Source: an uncultured virus (IMG/VR IMGVR_UViG_3300023174_000076)
Taxonomy: Duplodnaviria > Heunggongvirae > Uroviricota > Caudoviricetes
Direction: 5' to 3' (one strand)
DNA: 64,000 nt
Virus record (IMG/VR): IMGVR_UViG_3300023174_000076
Shown here: positions 1 through 9,452 of the stretch, one piece after another
How positions within the stretch are numbered: position 1 is the first letter of the stretch
Layout: each line of letters begins with the position of its first letter
Position numbers and translations under genes: made by a program
Notes under the pieces: model-generated
The model's database searches: none
The model's input: the letters and a program-made list of their open reading frames with translations, nothing else
Told to the model about the DNA's origin: nothing

Positions 1-2013
1 CCTACTGCCCCAACTGCTGCAGCAGCAACTAATACAACGCAAATTGCAACTACTGCTTTTGTTACAGCAGCAGCATCACAAGCTGTTTCTGACTCTGGCA
101 ATAATGCAGTTTTAAAAACATTTGTTAATGCTAAGGGTGATTTAGTTACAGCAACCGCTGACAACACTCCAGCAATTCTTACTGTTGGAACTAATGGTTA
201 TTTCTTAAAAGCTAATTCTTCAGCAACTGCTGGTATTGAATGGGCTTCAATCCCAACTATTAACTATCTTGATGATATTGGCGATGTAACCATTACATCT
301 GCTACAAACGGAGACTTCCTTAAGTGGAATGGTACAGCTTGGATTAATACTCCAATTGAAGTTGGCGATATTTCTTCTGTCACAGCAGGAACTGGATTAA
401 CAGGTGGTGGATCTTCTGGTGCAGTTACTCTTAACTTAGCTTCGACAGCTGTTACAGCTGGTTCATACGGCAACGCTTCAACAGTTCCAAACTACACCGT
501 CGATGCACAAGGTCGTTTAACGGCCGCAGCAAATACTGCAATCAGCATTCTTGCTAGTCAAGTCTCAGACTTTACTGCCAACACAAGAGCTCAAGTAAGT
601 GCTACTGGCAACATTGCGTACAATTCAAGTACTGGTGTTTTCAGTCTCACCAATGATGGCGCAGACATTACAGCAGTTACTGCAGGAACTGGACTTACTG
701 GTGGCGGCACTTCTGGAGCAGTTACTTTAACCCTTGGTAACACAGCTGTCACTGCTGGTTCGTACGGAAATGCAGCTACAGTTCCAAACTATACTGTAGA
801 CGCCCAAGGACGTTTGACCGCAGCAAGTAATACAGCGATTAGCATTCTTGCAAGTCAAGTGAGTGACCTTTCTTCAAATGCTGTAACATCTTTGACTGGT
901 ACTGCAAATGAGGTTGAGGTTTCATCTTCTGCTGGTGCAATTACAATTGGTCTTCCATCCAACGTAACAATTGGTCAAGACCTTACTGTTAGCGGAAACT
1001 TAACGGTCAATGGAAATGTCACAACTCTTAATACTGAAACTTTAGCTATTGAAGATAATATTATTGTTCTTAATAGCAATGTGACAGGAACTCCAGCAGC
1101 AAATGCTGGTCTTGAAGTAGAGCGTGGCACGTCTGATAACGTGCAGATTCGTTGGAATGAGTCTACAGATAAATGGCAACTCACCAATGATGGAACAAAC
1201 TATGTTAATATCGCCAGCAACTCAGATATCGCCAACGTTGCGACTTCATTTACAGTTGCTGGAGACAGTGGTTCAAGCCAGACCATCAGTTCAGGTACCG
1301 ACACTTTAACAATTTCGGGTGGCACAGGTCTCACATCAGTAGCTAGCGCAACTGACACAATTACCTTGAACCTCGATAGCACAGCCGTAACAGCTGGTAG
1401 CTATGGTAGCTCGTCTTCAGTAGGAACATTCACCGTAGACGCTCAGGGACGCCTCACAGCAGCTTCTAACTCGTCTATCTCGATCACTGCCAGTCAGGTC
1501 TCAGACTTCACTGAGGCAGCTCAGGACGCCGTAGAAGGTGCGATAACGGCAGGTACGGGTGTAACCAAGGCCTATAACGATGGAGCTAATACAATTAGCC
1601 TTTCAATTGGTCAGGATGTTGCAACAAGTGCAGCGGTTACCTTTGGTAGCATAGCAACTGGAGCAATAACACTTGATTCTGGAACTGGTGAGCTTAATAC
1701 TTCAACTCAAGTTGTTAACTTAAACACAGTTACAACTGTTGATAGCTTTGCAAAAGCAACTTTCAGATCAGCTAAGTATCTTATCCAAGTATCCCAAGGC
1801 ACTAAGTACACAACTTCTGAAGTGCTTTTGGCACACGACGGCACAGACTCCTTTATGTCGGAGTATGCAGTAATTGAGCTTGGAGCATCAAGAATACCAA
1901 TGACCGTTTCAACTTCAATTTCTTCAGGAAACGTACTGCTGAGAGTGACGATTACCGATGCCGCGTCAACACAAGCTACCGTAAAAGTTGCAAGAACATT
2001 GATTGCAGTGTAA
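1..2013 (+). CDS. Tail fibre / virion appendage protein, 5'-truncated (starts before the window)
   Basis: Frame 1 is open from base 1 (PTAPTAAAATNTTQIATTAFV...) to TAA at 2011-2013, so the track's TTG start at 814 is internal. Ala/Thr/Gly/Ser-rich, with phage fibre motifs (AGSYG...TVDAQGRLT; GNLTVNG...AGLEVERG; C-terminal FRSAKYLIQ...SEYA). Confidence 0.8.
   Translation, partial: PTAPTAAAATNTTQIATTAFVTAAASQAVSDSGNNAVLKTFVNAKGDLVTATADNTPAILTVGTNGYFLKANSSATAGIEWASIPTINYLDDIGDVTITSATNGDFLKWNGTAWINTPIEVGDISSVTAGTGLTGGGSSGAVTLNLASTAVTAGSYGNASTVPNYTVDAQGRLTAAANTAISILASQVSDFTANTRAQVSATGNIAYNSSTGVFSLTNDGADITAVTAGTGLTGGGTSGAVTLTLGNTAVTAGSYGNAATVPNYTVDAQGRLTAASNTAISILASQVSDLSSNAVTSLTGTANEVEVSSSAGAITIGLPSNVTIGQDLTVSGNLTVNGNVTTLNTETLAIEDNIIVLNSNVTGTPAANAGLEVERGTSDNVQIRWNESTDKWQLTNDGTNYVNIASNSDIANVATSFTVAGDSGSSQTISSGTDTLTISGGTGLTSVASATDTITLNLDSTAVTAGSYGSSSSVGTFTVDAQGRLTAASNSSISITASQVSDFTEAAQDAVEGAITAGTGVTKAYNDGANTISLSIGQDVATSAAVTFGSIATGAITLDSGTGELNTSTQVVNLNTVTTVDSFAKATFRSAKYLIQVSQGTKYTTSEVLLAHDGTDSFMSEYAVIELGASRIPMTVSTSISSGNVLLRVTITDAASTQATVKVARTLIAV
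367..1510 (+). repeat. Three diverged ~65-aa intragenic repeats of the tail fibre
   Basis: Units of the form GTGLTGGG..GAVTL....AVTAGSYG....VP.YTVDAQGRLTAA.N..ISI.ASQVSD at ~367-572, ~664-870 and ~1320-1510. Confidence 0.8.
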
Positions 2014-2071
2014 AATAGTAGAAGTTTAAAACTTAATAATAAGTTTAAAACTAGAGGGACAGTGAACTTTA

Positions 2072-3109
2072 GTGGCAGACAAAAACTTTGTAGTCAAGAA
2101 TAGCCTTATTGTAGGCTCTACCGTAACTATTAATGGTATCGAGCTAGATTTAACAGGCGTTACAAATGGTCAAGTTCTTAAGTTTGACGGTACAAAAATA
2201 TCTCCAGCCAACGCAGTAGATATAATCCCATCTGAAATATCTTCATTTTCCACGACTATAGGGAATGGATCATCTACAGAATATACGATTACTCACGATC
2301 TTGATACTCAAGATATAGTTGTTTTTGGCTATGTACAAGGTAATGCATTATCAAATGCCGCGACGCCTAGTACAATAAGTGTAAAACAAAATATTAAATT
2401 TAGATGGGAAGCCCTAAGTACTAGCCAAGCAAAAATCATTTTTGAAACACCACCAACATCCAATTCTGTAGATATATTAATAATTTCTGCTGGTGAGGAA
2501 ATATATTTTTCTGAAATTATTGGCGATGGTTCTACTTCTAGTATTGAATTAAACCATAATCTTGGATCAAGAGATGTGATTGTTTGTGTCAGAAACAATA
2601 CTTATCCATATGAAGTAGTCCAAGTTGCTGTTCAATCTTATTCAACACAAAAAGTAATTTTAGATTTTTCAGAAGCACCTTCAAATGACTCCCTTGTTGC
2701 TACAGTGTTTTTGCCATTATCAGGATATTATTTCGGTCAAATGGCTGGTGACGGCAGTGCAAAAAATATACATATAAATCACAAATTAAACACAAGCGAT
2801 ATTGGAGTTGTGATAAGGGATACTACTGGATTGTTTGATATTACTGAAACAATTTATTCTATAGTTGATGATAATAATGTTATTGTTCATTTTTCCTCCC
2901 CCCCCGGTGCATTTGATCGCTTTGTTACAGTTTTTGCAGGATTAGGAGGGAAAAAGGATCAAGTATCCTTCGACGATATATCGGTAGATGTTCCCGTCTC
3001 TCCATCTAGTCCAGGAAAATACGGAGATATGGCATGGGACGACAACCATATTTATATTTGCATAGCAACAGATACATGGAAACGCTCTGCTTTGTCTACT
3101 TGGAATTAA
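2072..3109 (+). CDS. Virion fibre-associated protein with three GxGS...HxL..xD repeats
   Basis: GTG start. Repeats IGNGSSTEYTITHDLDTQD, IGDGSTSSIELNHNLGSRD and AGDGSAKNIHINHKLNTSD. The C-terminal PGKYGDMAWDDNHIYICIATDTWKR is a motif typical of phage fibre proteins. Confidence 0.65.
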   Translation: MADKNFVVKNSLIVGSTVTINGIELDLTGVTNGQVLKFDGTKISPANAVDIIPSEISSFSTTIGNGSSTEYTITHDLDTQDIVVFGYVQGNALSNAATPSTISVKQNIKFRWEALSTSQAKIIFETPPTSNSVDILIISAGEEIYFSEIIGDGSTSSIELNHNLGSRDVIVCVRNNTYPYEVVQVAVQSYSTQKVILDFSEAPSNDSLVATVFLPLSGYYFGQMAGDGSAKNIHINHKLNTSDIGVVIRDTTGLFDITETIYSIVDDNNVIVHFSSPPGAFDRFVTVFAGLGGKKDQVSFDDISVDVPVSPSSPGKYGDMAWDDNHIYICIATDTWKRSALSTWN

Positions 3110-3136
3110 TTTTGTATTATAAATTATTAATTAAAT

Positions 3137-3907
3137 ATGATTAATCACAATGAAAAAATAGTATCGCATTTAACGATAAATGGTTTTACCATTAATCCGA
3201 TAAAAGATATAGATTGTTTTGTTACTTTCATAAATTCATTGTGCACCATTTATGATGAAAAACATGAGTGCGATCATATAATTGGTCTAATACATGAAAA
3301 TTATTTAGGAAAACAAGTTAGTGAGCCATCAGTTTCTTATATCGAAAATGAATCCTTTAAAGGGTTAATTGGTTTTTCGGTTTTAGAAAATGGTTATTTT
3401 GTAATAAAAATTTGGGATAATATTTATCCAGCAGAAGTTCAATTTGATCTATATTTGGACGAAAAAATAAAAGATTGTGATTTAATAATAGATCATTTTT
3501 CTTGTCCAGCAATACCCTATGATGGAATGGGCCTTTTTAATACAACATATTCTTTAAATAATTGTGTAAAAAGTAAAACATTTATTTCTAAAAATAATAA
3601 TAAAATACACCCATATTGTGTTAACGAGCCCTTTAATTTAAAAGAACTTACTGAAAAAAGAGAAAATTATTATGTTATATTAAATGAATTAAGAGAAATT
3701 GAATGTCATTTTTGTAACGAAAAAGCAACTGATTTAATTTTTTACGATTTTCCAAAAAAGCTAGCTGCAGCATGTGAATCACATATGAGCGTTGGTTCGA
3801 ATAGAGAAGATAGACCCAATAAAAACGGCGATAACAACCAACCTTTAGATATAAGATATATGGAAAATCGTAATTTGACTTGGGAAAAAAAACAGTATAG
3901 AATATAG
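3137..3907 (+). CDS. Degenerate S-adenosylmethionine decarboxylase (SpeD)-like protein with C-terminal CxxC...CxxH
   Basis: GLIGFSVLENGYFVIKIWDNIYPAEVQFDLY resembles the AdoMetDC core (G..G...L.ESH..IH.W......D.Y), but ENGY replaces the E-S-H cleavage site. CHFC...CESH is a possible zinc site. Confidence 0.45.
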   Translation: MINHNEKIVSHLTINGFTINPIKDIDCFVTFINSLCTIYDEKHECDHIIGLIHENYLGKQVSEPSVSYIENESFKGLIGFSVLENGYFVIKIWDNIYPAEVQFDLYLDEKIKDCDLIIDHFSCPAIPYDGMGLFNTTYSLNNCVKSKTFISKNNNKIHPYCVNEPFNLKELTEKRENYYVILNELREIECHFCNEKATDLIFYDFPKKLAAACESHMSVGSNREDRPNKNGDNNQPLDIRYMENRNLTWEKKQYRI

Positions 3908-3910
3908 ATT

Positions 3911-4717
3911 ATGCCAGTAGAAGAACAACAAATAAATATAACAATTCCAAAAGAAAAACTCCAAGAATGGAACGTTTTCTTTGCACTACCCTGTTACGAT
4001 TCACATGTAACAGAACCATTTATGATGAGCTTTTTGCAGACTTGTCTCTTTTTTAAAGAGATAGGCTTAAAATACTCTGTCTGCACAATATCTGATTCTT
4101 TAATTAATCGTGCGAGAAATAACCTTGTTGCTAAATTCATGGGCAATCCAGATTTTACGCATATGGTATTCATTGACGTAGATCTTCAGTTTGATAAAGA
4201 AGCAATATTAAAGCTGCTTTGGCATGAAAAAGATGTAATGACCGCCTCGTATCCGATTAAAGAAATAAATTGGGATAAAGTAAAAGAAGGTGCTTCTAAA
4301 GACTTAGAGGCTAAAGATCTTATGGAATATGCAACTAGATATGTTGTTCACATGACTAAGCCCGGAGAAACACAACTTAATATTGAGAATGGTGCGATAG
4401 AATGTTACGAAGCGGGCACTGGTTTTATGCTAATTAGACGTCAAGTATTCGACAAAATGTTTAAGAAATATAAAAAATTGAAATATAAAGATGACACAGG
4501 CGCTCTATCGGGCAACGAAATAGAAAATGCATACGCTTTGTTTAATTCATACGTTGATGATGATGGAAGATTTTTATCTGAAGACTATGGCTTTTGCCGT
4601 TATTGGCAAAAGATGGGCGGAAAGATTTGGGTTGATCCAACAATAAACTTAACTCATTTTGGAAGAATAAAATATACTGGAAAAATGTTAGAATTTCTAA
4701 AGAGAATAACACAATAA
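3911..4717 (+). CDS. GT-A fold glycosyltransferase (phage type)
   Basis: Motifs SLINRARN, FIDVD (DxD), GTGFMLIRR, LSEDYGFC and WVDP...LTH.G. Confidence 0.8.
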   Translation: MPVEEQQINITIPKEKLQEWNVFFALPCYDSHVTEPFMMSFLQTCLFFKEIGLKYSVCTISDSLINRARNNLVAKFMGNPDFTHMVFIDVDLQFDKEAILKLLWHEKDVMTASYPIKEINWDKVKEGASKDLEAKDLMEYATRYVVHMTKPGETQLNIENGAIECYEAGTGFMLIRRQVFDKMFKKYKKLKYKDDTGALSGNEIENAYALFNSYVDDDGRFLSEDYGFCRYWQKMGGKIWVDPTINLTHFGRIKYTGKMLEFLKRITQ

Positions 4718-4733
4718 ATTTGTGATAAAGGCA

Positions 4734-4768
4734 TTACTATAAAAATAGCTTTTTGCTAGTACTATAAA
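4734..4768 (+). promoter_or_regulatory. Putative late promoter motif TACTATA(A), two copies
   Basis: TTACTATAAA at 4734 and TACTATAAA at 4760, upstream of the fibre gene (RBS AGGAG before 4797). The same motif recurs at 11749, 17003, 18888, 19216 and 22975. Confidence 0.5.
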
Positions 4769-4796
4769 TCAAGAGTTCAATTTCCATAGGAGTGAT

Positions 4797-6818
4797 ATGG
4801 CCCGTTTAAGAACAGAAACTGCACCAGAAATTACAGTTAATGATGAATCTGTTGTATTTAAAGCAGCGTCTGGTGCTACTGCACCACTGGTTGAATTTAA
4901 AAACTCTGCCGGCACTGTTGTTGGTAATATAGCAGCTAATGGCGTAATGAATGTTACGTCCGTCTTTGCATCGAATGCTGGAAGTGGATCAACAGCTCTT
5001 GCCACAAGAGGATATGTAGATGATCTGTTTGCTGGAGTTAGCTGGCAAAATCCTGTGGCATTGGCTACAACTGCCGCACTGCCATCGTGCACATATAATA
5101 ATGGAACTGCAGGTGTTGGTGCTACACTAACTGCAGCAGCAAACGGTGTGCTTACAATAGACCTAGGAACAGCCGAAGCTGGTTATTCCATTCTTGTAAA
5201 GAATCAAGCTAATGCAACACAAAATGGTATTTATACAGTGACTACTGCTGGTGCTGTTGGCACACCATTTGTTCTTACAAGGAGAACAGATTCAGACAAT
5301 AACCCTGCAGGTGAAGTTACAAAGGGAGATGCTGTATTTGTAGTAGCTGGATCTGCTAATATAAACTGTGGTTTTATCTTAACCGGGACCCCATCTGGAG
5401 CAAATAATGCCATAGTTTTTGGCACAGACAATCTAACATACGCACAATTCACTGGCACTGGTGGGTTTACAGCTGGCGATGGATTGGTAATAACAAATAA
5501 TACAGTAAATGTTATGTCAGCAAGTTCGGGTAGAATAGTAGTTAATGCGGATAGTATCGATCTTGCTACAGTAGAGCAAACAAATTCTTCTGGTTCGAAT
5601 GTTACTTCATTCATTAGCGGTCATACAGTCGATGCGTATGGAAGGGTAACTTCTACAACAACATCTAGCGTATCATTTGCAGGTTATGCAACTTTAGCTA
5701 GCCCATCTTTAACTGGAGCACCATTAGCCCCAACAGCAGCTACAAATACAGATAATACGCAAATTGCAACAACTGAGTTTGTAATTAATCAAATAGAAAA
5801 TGATGCTGTTGTCAAGACACTCGCCAATGCAAAGGGTGATATATTTACTGCTACAGCAGATAATACACCATCTGTTTTAAGCGTAGGAACAAATGGTTAT
5901 TTCTTAAGGGCTAATAGCGGCGCTGCCAAGGGCATTGACTGGGGAGTCCCAACATCAGCAATTGATGATATTACCGATGTAACAATTACATCTGTTGCTT
6001 CAGGTCAGTTCCTTAAGTATAACGGTTCTGCTTGGGTAAACGATGCCATTGACCTCGGCGCTGATACAACTGGCAACTACATGGTTAATGTGGCTTCTGG
6101 AACAGGTATATCAGTTTCACATACTCAATCAGAAGGTTCAACAGCTACAGTATCATTAGATGCTACAATAGACAATTTGTCAGATGTTACAATAACATCT
6201 GCAGTTTCTAACCAGGTTCTTTTGTACAATGGTTCAGCCTGGGTTAACACATCCAACCCAACAGTGGCAGGTAATCTTACTGTTACTGGCAACCTAACGG
6301 TTAGCGGAACAACCACAACTGTTAACTCTGAAACTTTAACAATCAATGATAATTTGATTGTGTTAAATAACAATGAAGCTGGAACTCCATCCGAAAATGC
6401 TGGAGTTGAAATTGAACGTGGTACTTCAACAAACGTTCAATTACGCTGGAATGAAACCACAGACTGTTGGGAATTCACTAATGATGGCACTAACTATCAG
6501 AGAATATTTACCGACACAGTCACTAATGCTCAAGCAGCTAGTTATACCTTAGTCTTAGCGGACAGCGGTAAGATGGTTGAAATGAACAACGCTTCTGCAA
6601 ACACTTTGACAATACCACCAAACTCTTCAATAGCTTTTCCTGTTGGAACCACCATCACAGTGCTCCAAACAGGAGCTGGACAGTGCACGCTAACAGCTGG
6701 TGCTGGAGTTACCATTAACTATACTCCAGGTTTGAAGTTGCGTGCGCAGTGGTCATCTGCTACAATCATCAAAAGAGCTACCGATACATGGGTAGCATTA
6801 GGAGACTTGGCATCATAA
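4797..6818 (+). CDS. Tail fibre protein (paralogous modules shared with 1-2013)
   Basis: Motifs ATRGYVD, ILVKNQ..ATQNGIY.V, PTA....NTQIATT.FV, AKGD, LSDV.I.S, GNLTV.G...AG.EIERG and C-terminal YTLVLAD.GK...FPVGT...Q.GAGQ...W...GDL. Confidence 0.8.
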   Translation: MARLRTETAPEITVNDESVVFKAASGATAPLVEFKNSAGTVVGNIAANGVMNVTSVFASNAGSGSTALATRGYVDDLFAGVSWQNPVALATTAALPSCTYNNGTAGVGATLTAAANGVLTIDLGTAEAGYSILVKNQANATQNGIYTVTTAGAVGTPFVLTRRTDSDNNPAGEVTKGDAVFVVAGSANINCGFILTGTPSGANNAIVFGTDNLTYAQFTGTGGFTAGDGLVITNNTVNVMSASSGRIVVNADSIDLATVEQTNSSGSNVTSFISGHTVDAYGRVTSTTTSSVSFAGYATLASPSLTGAPLAPTAATNTDNTQIATTEFVINQIENDAVVKTLANAKGDIFTATADNTPSVLSVGTNGYFLRANSGAAKGIDWGVPTSAIDDITDVTITSVASGQFLKYNGSAWVNDAIDLGADTTGNYMVNVASGTGISVSHTQSEGSTATVSLDATIDNLSDVTITSAVSNQVLLYNGSAWVNTSNPTVAGNLTVTGNLTVSGTTTTVNSETLTINDNLIVLNNNEAGTPSENAGVEIERGTSTNVQLRWNETTDCWEFTNDGTNYQRIFTDTVTNAQAASYTLVLADSGKMVEMNNASANTLTIPPNSSIAFPVGTTITVLQTGAGQCTLTAGAGVTINYTPGLKLRAQWSSATIIKRATDTWVALGDLAS

Positions 6819-6819
6819 T

Positions 6820-7236
6820 ATGGCTGAAAATTCAGGTAAAAAACAGAATAGAAAAAAAGCTAAACCTACAGTTGCAGAAGGTACCGCGAAGACTACAGCT
6901 AATACAACAATAACTGCTGCTGGTTTTACTGTTGGATCAGTAACAACAACCCCAACACAAAATTCAGGCTTAAATGATGTTGTAACTCCAGCGATTACCG
7001 ACACAACTGTAACTCCTTTGGGAACGGCAATTAATTATACTGTAGGAGCTTTCTCTCCTCCAGCTTTCTTTGCTCCACCAGGGTTCTTCGGTCCTCCAGC
7101 ATTCTTTAGTCCTCCAGGATTTTTTGGTCCTCCAGGGTTCTTTAGTCCTCCAGGATTCTTCGCTCCTCCAGGGTTCTTTGCCCCTCCAGGGTTCTTTGGT
7201 CCTCCAGCTTTCTTTAGTCCTCCAGGATTTAAATAA
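6820..7236 (+). CDS. Small protein: basic N-terminus, PASTA-like domain, C-terminal PP(G/A)FF(A/G/S) repeat
   Basis: Starts 1 nt after the fibre stop. PTVAEG...ANTTITAAGFTVGSVT...VV......GTAINYTV resembles a PASTA module. It is followed by ten Pro-Pro dipeptides spaced six residues apart. Confidence 0.75.
   Translation: MAENSGKKQNRKKAKPTVAEGTAKTTANTTITAAGFTVGSVTTTPTQNSGLNDVVTPAITDTTVTPLGTAINYTVGAFSPPAFFAPPGFFGPPAFFSPPGFFGPPGFFSPPGFFAPPGFFAPPGFFGPPAFFSPPGFK
7051..7233 (+). repeat. 18-bp coding tandem repeat (~10 units)
   Basis: Units such as cctccagggttctttggt, cctccagctttctttagt and cctccaggattcttcgct vary at synonymous positions and at two G/A/S positions. Confidence 0.95.
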
Positions 7237-7241
7237 TCTTA

Positions 7242-7883
7242 TTAAAAAGATTTAACAGCATAGAAGGCTGGGATAACCCATCTAACTCCGGATAGTACTG
7301 GAGTTACTCCATGTATGTAATTCACATCTCCAGGATGTGATACTGCCATACCTGCTACTGGCTTTAACTTTTTACCATGTTGGGTATAGAATAATTCTCC
7401 CCCGATATAGTCATCATTAATATAAAATAATGAATTAATGTCATAATCTGGAAAAGCATTCGGTCTTCCATCTTGAAGCTGTTTGTCGGCGTGTGCTATC
7501 TGAAAATCTCCAGGTCGCCAACAAACAATGACTGGTGGTCTTTTTTCAACAATACAATTATAATTACTGTTTATACTTTCAGTCATTTTATCAATATAAA
7601 AATCAATTAGATCATAAATATTTCTATCTAATTTTTTTACAATATAAGAACTACAAGTCCTATTTAACCAAACGTCGGCACCATATTTAATAGTTCCGTC
7701 TTCATGATATTCACTTCCTCTTGAGTTGTCCCATTCATCTATTTTTTTTACAAAATTTTGTAAAGATAACAAATCCTCTTTATCAATAAAATTTTCTATA
7801 ATTTTAATATTATCGGTAGAATTTCCAAATGTTCCAGGCAGAACTTTCCAGGGTTTTTCTTCTGTTATTTCTTCATTAAACAT
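7242..7883 (-). CDS. 2OG-Fe(II) oxygenase, prolyl-4-hydroxylase-like
   Basis: HAD ... YINDDYIGGEL.Y ... HGVTPV.SG.R gives the HxD...H triad plus the 2OG-binding Arg. It is the only credible minus-strand gene in the window. Confidence 0.85.
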   Translation of the reverse strand: MFNEEITEEKPWKVLPGTFGNSTDNIKIIENFIDKEDLLSLQNFVKKIDEWDNSRGSEYHEDGTIKYGADVWLNRTCSSYIVKKLDRNIYDLIDFYIDKMTESINSNYNCIVEKRPPVIVCWRPGDFQIAHADKQLQDGRPNAFPDYDINSLFYINDDYIGGELFYTQHGKKLKPVAGMAVSHPGDVNYIHGVTPVLSGVRWVIPAFYAVKSF

Positions 7884-7901
7884 AATTAGCTTTCCAAAAA
7901 T

Positions 7902-7941
7902 TGTGGTATAATGGGCTTTGCTTTTAATAAATTATATCACA
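7902..7941. promoter_or_regulatory. Overlapping oppositely oriented extended -10 promoters
   Basis: TGTGGTATAAT on + (7902-7912) and TGTGATATAAT on - (7941-7931), between the two divergent oxygenase genes. Confidence 0.6.
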
Positions 7942-7963
7942 CATTTATCGGAGATAGATAATT

Positions 7964-8713
7964 ATGAACCCACAATATGTTTTTGATGCAAGATTAGGTG
8001 TTATAGTCTACAGAGGAGCCATCCCTGATGCAGAAAGCCTAATAGATAAACTTGAGCTTGCATTGGAAAAATCCACTAATGATAGATTTAAATGGGATTT
8101 GGGAACAACTGGGGATTTAAATAAAAACAAAAGTTATAGAAATTGTAGTGATTTTAAAATACATCCAGATAACACCGTTTGGGAAAATTCTCCAGAACAA
8201 AAAGAAATCAAAGAGGTTTGCGAAGCAGTAAAATCTCCACTACTTGAATGCCTTTATGATTATGAGGTAAGACACGGTATAAAAATGGATTTTATGGAAA
8301 GCTTTAATTTTGTTAAATATATTCCAGGAGAACACTTCTCTGCGCATGCAGATCATGGCTATAGCTACAATTGTACTGTATCATCTGTGGCTTATTTAAA
8401 TGAAGATTATGATGGTGGAGAATTAGTTTTTGATACACTTAGATTTAAAATAAAACCAAAAGTTGGAGACATAATATTGTTTCCCTCAACATACATTTAT
8501 GCACATAGTTCGTTACCGGTCGTATCTGGCACAAAATATTCAGTTGTTACAATGTTCGACTATAACGAGAGAACTCATAAAGGATTTCAATATGGACATA
8601 ATTTAGATGGGTCACCAGCAGATCCAGATGCCGGTCGAGGTCCAAGATTTTATGGCCAAATGCCTGGACCAATAAAAAATTTAGATTCAGATTATATATT
8701 TTTAGGTATTTAG
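7964..8713 (+). CDS. 2OG-Fe(II) oxygenase, prolyl-4-hydroxylase-like
   Basis: Motifs KY.PGEHF.AHAD, SSVAYLNEDYDGGEL.F and LFPS.YIYAHSS.PV.SGTKY. Confidence 0.85.
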   Translation: MNPQYVFDARLGVIVYRGAIPDAESLIDKLELALEKSTNDRFKWDLGTTGDLNKNKSYRNCSDFKIHPDNTVWENSPEQKEIKEVCEAVKSPLLECLYDYEVRHGIKMDFMESFNFVKYIPGEHFSAHADHGYSYNCTVSSVAYLNEDYDGGELVFDTLRFKIKPKVGDIILFPSTYIYAHSSLPVVSGTKYSVVTMFDYNERTHKGFQYGHNLDGSPADPDAGRGPRFYGQMPGPIKNLDSDYIFLGI

Positions 8714-8714
8714 C

Positions 8715-9452
8715 ATGACAAAAATAATACTATCAAGAACTCATAACAACTCAGTCGAAATAAGGCAGTCCCGCCTTAAAAGAGATTGGATGGACAATAC
8801 CTATAATAAACACGCATACCAATGCACACCAGTAACTACAGCAAATGTTAGCGGTTGGGAAATGATACTCCCAGAAGAACTAGTAGTAATTTGGGACGGG
8901 GGAGCAAGTCCAGCAAGAATAGTTAGTGGAGGCGTTCACAATGGGTTTAATTTTGCTCACTCAAATATACATGGAATGATATCAATCGCAACTGGTTGGG
9001 CAATAAACACAGAAGAAGGTTATAGTTTGTGGACAACTGGTTCGCCAAATTATTATGTAGATGGTGCGTCACCGATGACCGCAAGCATCCCTTCTGGCTG
9101 GTGGCCAGACGAAGTTCAAACAAATTGGGTAATTCATAAGGTAAATGAACCTGTTGTATTCCCTAAGGGAAGTCCATTTTTATTCTTTACTATCTATCCA
9201 ACAGACTTACTGCCGAGTGTTGAGTTTGAAGTGATAAATAGATGGGACAACAAAGAATTAGAAGAATCAAGAAGAAAATATAATGATCTCAAAATGCAAA
9301 ATTCAAAAGATAAACCATGGACATGGGTAAAGGGAATAAAAACTGGCTTAGATGCAGATGGTAATAAAATTGGGCCAGGAGTTAAGGGCATGTTAAAACT
9401 AGCAGAATTAGACGATAAATCAGGAGAAAATAATGACAATGAATTACGTTGA
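8715..9452 (+). CDS. DUF6065-like protein
   Basis: RDWMD....HAYQC.P...AN..GW, GSPN...DG..P....I...W and NW......V.F.KG.PF match my recollection of this family. Confidence 0.6.
   Translation: MTKIILSRTHNNSVEIRQSRLKRDWMDNTYNKHAYQCTPVTTANVSGWEMILPEELVVIWDGGASPARIVSGGVHNGFNFAHSNIHGMISIATGWAINTEEGYSLWTTGSPNYYVDGASPMTASIPSGWWPDEVQTNWVIHKVNEPVVFPKGSPFLFFTIYPTDLLPSVEFEVINRWDNKELEESRRKYNDLKMQNSKDKPWTWVKGIKTGLDADGNKIGPGVKGMLKLAELDDKSGENNDNELR

Noticed and set aside
2898..2905. C8 homopolymer (also G7 near 45040) as a phase-variation tract
   Set aside because: Both tracts are short and in frame, and there is no evidence of length variation from a single sequence.
7051..7233. The 18-bp periodic repeat as a CRISPR array or non-coding repeat
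   Set aside because: There are no unique spacers. Variation is synonymous or conservative within an open reading frame.
1..7236. Diversity-generating retroelement acting on the fibre genes
   Set aside because: No reverse transcriptase and no TR/VR pair differing only at adenines is visible in the window.
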